Positions 19,067 through 23,668 of a stretch of 23,668 nucleotides of DNA are shown here, in pieces. The stretch comes from a virus. Taxonomy: Duplodnaviria > Heunggongvirae > Uroviricota > Caudoviricetes. Numbering within the stretch: position 1 is the first letter of the stretch; the number at the start of each line of letters is the position of its first letter. Made by a program: the position numbers and the translations under genes. A model generated the notes under the pieces. The model saw only the letters and a program-made list of their open reading frames with translations, made no database searches and had not been told where the DNA came from. Location: IMG/VR virus record IMGVR_UViG_2713896785_000022, positions 1 through 23,668 of that record. The stretch is one strand, 5' to 3'.

Positions 19067-19450
19067 TTAGTTAGAACGTTTGTTAGAAGCTAATGTATCT
19101 TCTAAATGAGCCATCAGATCGACTTCCGATGCACCACCTACACAATTATTGAAAGCGTTAAATCCCAAAAAATGATGATAGGAGCTAAACCCTAAAAGCT
19201 GCCAACGTTTCAGAGTGCCATCAGAAATGATAGTTTGTTTTCTTGTTCTTGGGCGAAAGTAAACGCCTGGCATTGATTGGATTATTTCTAATTCTTCATC
19301 ACTTAATTCAGGGGATTCTGTTTCAAGAATAAAGATTATCTCTTCCCCTGGAATTTCGTTATTGGTATGTGTCGGTGGACGTTGTCTTGTTGAATTGAAA
19401 TTACTGTTTTTTTCAATACGTTTTAAGTTGTTCTTTTTCTTTCTTCCCAT
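19067..19450 (-). CDS. Hypothetical protein with basic N-terminus (127 aa)
   Basis: ORF in the same cluster; N-terminal MGRKKKNNLKR… lysine/arginine-rich stretch. Confidence 0.5.
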   Translation of the reverse strand: MGRKKKNNLKRIEKNSNFNSTRQRPPTHTNNEIPGEEIIFILETESPELSDEELEIIQSMPGVYFRPRTRKQTIISDGTLKRWQLLGFSSYHHFLGFNAFNNCVGGASEVDLMAHLEDTLASNKRSN

Positions 19451-19546
19451 TTTCCCTCTTTTTATGTGGATTATAAAAACTGAATGCCATAGTTACGATG
19501 AATATCGCCATAAATGCATTTGCCATATGTATTGCCCGATCTGTTG

Positions 19547-19816
19547 TTATTGATTGTTTGTGATAAACAATTCAAAATCTTTGTTTAATTTCAAAAGACG
19601 AAATGTAGTGCTGTTAATCCCTTCATAATCCAGCACACCGAACGATGTAAAATGGTTTAACCAATGATTCACGTGTTGTGCGCTGTAGCCGCCTAAACTA
19701 CAAAAGCTAACCACTGTCGGGGGTGAGAACTCTATGTCCAAAATAGATTTTAAAATGTTGTATCCGCTCTCAGTTATTTCAATAGTTTTGTTTCCTATAG
19801 TGATGTTATAAGCCAT
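19547..19816 (-). CDS. Hypothetical protein (89 aa)
   Basis: ORF in the same cluster and orientation, 10 bp downstream of the 208-aa gene. Confidence 0.5.
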   Translation of the reverse strand: MAYNITIGNKTIEITESGYNILKSILDIEFSPPTVVSFCSLGGYSAQHVNHWLNHFTSFGVLDYEGINSTTFRLLKLNKDFELFITNNQ

Positions 19817-19825
19817 TTATTCTCC

Positions 19826-20452
19826 TTAAAAGGGTAGTGAATCATATATTGTGCTCTCACTTTTGAGATCAATTATCAAAGAGTCAAAATCATTTTCACA
19901 AAGATAGATATTCTTTGAATCTAATGCTCGTTTTACAAAATCTTCTGTTTCTTCGTGCGGTGGTTTCTTCTTATCAAGGGAAAGAAGCCAAGTAAAAATT
20001 TCGGGCCGCTCAGGGAACTCTGATTCCTGTTTTTCTTCTTCAACGATGATTTCTGAAACATTCAATATTTCATTAGATTCGTTTTCTTTCTCAGAAGGAT
20101 CAGGTAGTGATGACTCTCCTGGGGGAGTAATATGTGCATCTGTGAGAGGGAGAGCATTGTAAATCAAAGATGAAATATACGGATCAGGATGTGGGGATGT
20201 TTCTAATAATCCCATCTCTTTAAGATCGTTTATCTTACGTTTAATTGTTGATGGTGAAGACTTAAAAATCTTAGCTAATGTTTCGTGACTTTCATAACAA
20301 TTAAGACCATTTTCCTGATAACTAAGAAATCTATAATAAAGAACAATGTGCAATAAATCTAAAACCTTACCTTCTGGAAATTCATTAGAGTAAATCTTTG
20401 ATATATTATCAAACGTGTTATAGTGTTTTGTAAAAGTTGGCTGGTTTATCAT
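19826..20452 (-). CDS. Winged-helix DNA-binding protein with acidic C-terminal half (208 aa); putative replication initiator or regulator
   Basis: N-terminal …CYESHETLAKIFKSSPSTIKRKINDLKEMGLLE… resembles winged-helix motifs of replication-organizer and regulator proteins; C-terminal half is Glu/Asp/Ser-rich. Confidence 0.55.
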   Translation of the reverse strand: MINQPTFTKHYNTFDNISKIYSNEFPEGKVLDLLHIVLYYRFLSYQENGLNCYESHETLAKIFKSSPSTIKRKINDLKEMGLLETSPHPDPYISSLIYNALPLTDAHITPPGESSLPDPSEKENESNEILNVSEIIVEEEKQESEFPERPEIFTWLLSLDKKKPPHEETEDFVKRALDSKNIYLCENDFDSLIIDLKSESTIYDSLPF

Positions 20453-20503
20453 TAAAAATCTCCTTATAAATCACGCTTAATGCGCTACTAAAGTGAATGA
20501 GGA

Positions 20504-20671
20504 TCACTTACCCTTTTTTTGTTTGATGTTCTCTGCTGCTTCAGTAATGATTTCTAACATCAAATCACTGACCATAATTTGCCTTTTCTTGGCTTCAGCA
20601 AATAAAATCTTGAAAATTTCAGGGTCAACGTGTAGGTAAGTGCGTGGAATTGGTTTCTTGGTTTCGCTCAT
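20504..20671 (-). CDS. Ribbon-helix-helix (CopG/Arc-like) small DNA-binding protein (55 aa)
   Basis: Not in the ORF track (<60 aa). ATG at 20671 with AGGAGAAGGAGA RBS; MSETKKPIPRTYLHVDPEIFKILFAEAKKRQIMVSDLMLEIITEAAENIKQKKGK has the beta-strand plus two helices typical of RHH regulators and antitoxins. Confidence 0.5.
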   Translation of the reverse strand: MSETKKPIPRTYLHVDPEIFKILFAEAKKRQIMVSDLMLEIITEAAENIKQKKGK

Positions 20672-20692
20672 AGTTTTCTCCTTCTCCTGTTA

Positions 20693-20875
20693 TTATTCTT
20701 TCTCTGCTTCTGCCTTACGCAGTTCATCAATAATTTTTAGTGCATCGTCAAAGCATTTTTCACGCTCTGGATAACCACAACGGCGAGCGGTGTTTCTATA
20801 CATCCTTACTTTAAAGCGGTTGATCTCACCACGTTTCCAGGCTTCTACTACATCCTGTGGAGTGAAATATTTCAT
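20693..20875 (-). CDS. Small hypothetical protein (60 aa), first gene of the leftward small-gene operon
   Basis: ORF directly upstream of the RHH gene; downstream of a ~1.5-kb repeat-rich non-coding region. Confidence 0.45.
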   Translation of the reverse strand: MKYFTPQDVVEAWKRGEINRFKVRMYRNTARRCGYPEREKCFDDALKIIDELRKAEAEKE

Positions 20876-21336
20876 TAATTAACCTCCTATTCTATTTGGT
20901 TAAAAGAAAAAGACACCTTGCAAGCCTTGGGCTTCAAAGTGCGGTGCATTGGTTTAATTATTTAGAGGATAAGAATCTATTCCTGTCCCTCTAATACCTA
21001 TTATTGCACAGAAAGAGACGTTTGTCAATACCCTTTTCGCAAAAAAAATCGATCTTTTTCAGCATGTTATAATTTGTCTTAGCAATTCGTGCTCTTACGA
21101 GTACTCCTATTCTTCCTTATTCTCTAAAACGCTCTAAAATGCGTTCTAACGAGGTTTTGATAAAAACAATACATTCCCTTATGTAGAGGCTGTTTAGCTC
21201 GCCAGAGGCTTATTTAAGGGGTAGAATCTCATCTACTACCTAACATCTTTAAACCATATTTTTCTTTTTTGTCTGTTTGATGGTTGATCTATAGTTATGC
21301 GTTAGCATCCCCAAAGGGGTAACGCTACTCTAATTG

Positions 21337-21359
21337 CATTCGCCAGAACATTGCACAAG
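21337..21359. repeat. Left arm of a 23-bp inverted repeat (CATTCGCCAGAACATTGCACAAG); a related direct partial copy lies near 21450-21479
   Basis: Reverse complement matches 21687..21709 with one mismatch. Confidence 0.6.
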
Positions 21360-21686
21360 AAATTTATTTTAGATGATTGATGATCGTTAGATTGGCGTAA
21401 GCCTCATCAATGGAACTATTGAAGCGCACAGCGCATAGACACTAACAACCATTCGCTTACGCTCAGGTTATTGCACAAGTAAATTTCAATCGTTAGATGG
21501 TAGTTAGTTAATTATCGTTCTGCGCACAGCGCAAGACTATTTAGCCTTACGCAAGCCGTAGGCTATTTGCACATAGTAGATTACATATTCGTTGTGAGCG
21601 GCATTAGCGAACATAGATCTACTAACTAACATCAACAAACAAAAAACTATGTGTTATGACAAGCAGTCTAACGACTAACACTCTAA

Positions 21687-21709
21687 CTTGTGCAAGGTTC
21701 TGGCGAATG
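21687..21709. repeat. Right arm of the 23-bp inverted repeat (CTTGTGCAAGGTTCTGGCGAATG)
   Basis: 22/23 match to the reverse complement of 21337..21359; the arms are ~330 bp apart and ~700 bp upstream of the serine recombinase gene. Confidence 0.6.
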
Positions 21710-21851
21710 CCAATAGATTAAAGGATAGTCGTTAGACTCCCTAACGGGTATCCCTATAATTATTCTTATAAAGATAAAAAAGAATTATATTATATAGTTT
21801 AATAGTTAGTTTTATTATTAGTATTATCGTTAGTCTTATTGTGGTTCAAAT

Positions 21852-21906
21852 TGACCTACCCCCCTAGCTCACAGTGACCTACCCCCCTAGCTCACAGTGA
21901 CCTACC
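21852..21906. repeat. Tandem 23-bp iteron-like direct repeats (TGACCTACCCCCCTAGCTCACAG, about 2.4 copies)
   Basis: Two perfect 23-bp units (21852-21874, 21875-21897) plus a 9-bp partial third, in an AT-rich non-coding stretch. Confidence 0.7.
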
Positions 21907-22407
21907 GTTACATCCATTTATCACATAACATCTGTGCAATGATCTTCTAAAAGTGTTTCTTGCTACCAAAATTAAACATCTAAAACAGGCTTAAATTCAA
22001 GATTAATTGATGATTAATCCTTATGTAATTCCTACGTAAAAATTCAATGAAAAGTAGCTTAAAAGTGCAATGTTAGCTTTCTTCACTTTTACATCACTTT
22101 CGCTGCGCCTTGTGTAATGCGGCATATAGCGCATCACTGCAAAATTGTTGCTCAATAAACGTTCTATCATTTGTCGAACAAGTTTCTTTAATGCAACAAA
22201 AAATTATTTTTTCAAAATAAACACACTATTTAATAGCTTGCTAATTTTACCAAAACGTAACTACATGATTCTCATGCAAGACGTGTAGTGATAAAGCAGG
22301 CTAAATCACCACACTAAAAACCTTCGAATTTCGTAGTGAAAAAAGTCCTTTACACACCTAATCAACACGATCAATAATCACTACACACAAATCAACACAG
22401 AAGGAAA

Positions 22408-22965
22408 ATGAAAATGGCTAATATTGGATACATTAGGGTATCGACTGTCCAACAAAACACAGACCGTCAATTAGCTGGAGTAACTCTTGATAAAGTCTTT
22501 GAAGATAAAGCGTCAGGCAAGAATACCCAGCGCCCACAGTTTGAGGCAATGATGAACTATGTGCGGGAAGGTGATGTTTTGCATGTTCACAGCATTGATC
22601 GACTTTGCCGTAATACAGCCGACCTACTGGCAACGGTTGAGCAATTAACAGAGCGCGGCGTGTCTGTGCATTTCCATAAAGAAGACTTTAAGACAGGGAA
22701 GAACTCTCCCGCAGGGAATATGATGCTCACAGTGCTTGCAGCAGTGGCACAAATGGAACGTGAAATGATGCTTGAGCGGCAGCGTGAGGGGATCGCCGCA
22801 GCTAAGGCCGCTGGACGTATAGCAAAACGTGGTAATGGAAAAGCAATTGATCGAGCGGGAATTGTTGCCGCTCTCGCGAATGGTGGATCAATTCGGAGCG
22901 TAGCAAAAGATTTCAGTGTCAGCACACAGACGGTGCAACGTATCAAGAAAGAGCAGGAAGCGTAA
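22408..22965 (+). CDS. Serine recombinase (resolvase/invertase family, about 185 aa; likely start at 22414)
   Basis: N-terminal catalytic motif MANIGYIRVSTVQQNTDRQ with the active-site Ser context, C-terminal HTH (…SIRSVAKDFSVSTQTVQRIKK…); AGGA RBS upstream. Confidence 0.85.
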   Translation: MKMANIGYIRVSTVQQNTDRQLAGVTLDKVFEDKASGKNTQRPQFEAMMNYVREGDVLHVHSIDRLCRNTADLLATVEQLTERGVSVHFHKEDFKTGKNSPAGNMMLTVLAAVAQMEREMMLERQREGIAAAKAAGRIAKRGNGKAIDRAGIVAALANGGSIRSVAKDFSVSTQTVQRIKKEQEA

Positions 22966-23290
22966 TGCCTCCTGATATTTCAGAATTGTCGCCGCGTGGA
23001 CCTGACGGCGCTGATCTTCGCGTTAAACATTGATCACGTTTGCGCCGATTTCAGATAAAAAGGCAGCTATTAAGCAATACGTAACTTTTACAATTAGTGA
23101 AATTATCTAAAACACAAGTTATATAGATGAGAAAATGAAATATTATCTTGAACAAATCAAACAAAACAACACATCATCTTGTTGACACCATGCAAAGTGA
23201 ATAGTAAGCTATTATATGTGAAAATTTGCACATTGCATGCAATAAAAAATAAATGATACCTTGTTGTTGTTAAATCAATAGGGGGTATCT

Positions 23291-23449
23291 ATGCGCTTTA
23301 TCTTATCCATTTTAAAAACCTGCAGAACCACAATTACTTTAGCTGTAATTGTTACCATCATATACCTCATCTATTTTACCCCTCGAGATAAAATCGATTC
23401 ACTAGCGATCATCGTTCATGCAATGGCTACATTAACTAAAAAACTTTAA
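23291..23449 (+). CDS. Small hydrophobic protein (52 aa), putative single-pass membrane peptide
   Basis: Not in the ORF track. ATG at 23291 preceded by AGGGGG RBS; MRFILSILKTCRTTITLAVIVTIIYLIYFTPRDK… has one predicted transmembrane helix. Confidence 0.3.
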   Translation: MRFILSILKTCRTTITLAVIVTIIYLIYFTPRDKIDSLAIIVHAMATLTKKL

Positions 23450-23515
23450 TAATTTCACTATCAGGCGCACAAACACATCTTTGATTGCTGGATGTGTTAT
23501 GCGCCTACTGGTGAT

Positions 23516-23668
23516 TCAATCCTTAAGCCATTTCAACTCACTAAGGAGTTTTCTTTCTTCGTTCTCTCGCTGTTTACGCTCTAGCCAGGCTTTTCCCTCT
23601 GGCGTAGACAGGAACTTACGAGCGTGAATCTTGCGGTTATTACGTTTTATAGCTGCAATGTTTTTCAT
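23516..23668 (-). CDS. Small basic protein (50 aa); start codon is the last 3 nt of the window
   Basis: Not in the ORF track. MKNIAAIKRNNRKIHARKFLSTPEGKAWLERKQRENEERKLLSELKWLKD; upstream region is outside the window, so RBS and promoter are unseen. Confidence 0.35.
   Translation of the reverse strand: MKNIAAIKRNNRKIHARKFLSTPEGKAWLERKQRENEERKLLSELKWLKD

Noticed and set aside
21852-21906. Possible CRISPR array
   Set aside because: Only about 2.4 directly abutting copies of a 23-bp unit with no spacers; this is iteron-like tandem repetition, not a repeat-spacer array.

Overview
The window holds two adjacent mobile elements next to a truncated host LysR-type regulator gene (1..411). Element 1 (about 450..11450) is a P4-family phage satellite prophage with gene lengths matching P4: crr (two ~120-bp direct repeats), alpha primase-helicase (777 aa), 106-aa and 151-aa ORFs, Vis/AlpA (88 aa), ori iterons, sid (244 aa), delta (166 aa), psu (190 aa), an exact P2/P4-type 19-nt cos sequence, and a P4-type tyrosine integrase. 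Between cos and the integrase, where P4 carries gop/beta/cII and where P4-like satellites are known to carry variable anti-phage cargo, sits one strongly AT-rich 531-aa gene (8426..10021) with its own terminator. Its N-terminus has a PD-(D/E)xK-like nuclease signature that I recognise as DUF4365-like, fused to a ~350-aa region I cannot assign. This is the best candidate for an undescribed single-gene defence system. Element 2 (about 11500 to beyond the window end) is AT-rich and starts with a second, divergently oriented tyrosine recombinase. It carries a leftward operon with a lambda gpE-like major capsid protein, a decoration-like protein and a 613-aa coiled-coil/glycine-rich protein, but no portal or terminase in the window. 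It also has a cluster of small regulators, a repeat-rich origin-like region and a serine recombinase. All family assignments come from reading the translations and recalling motifs; no database search was run.
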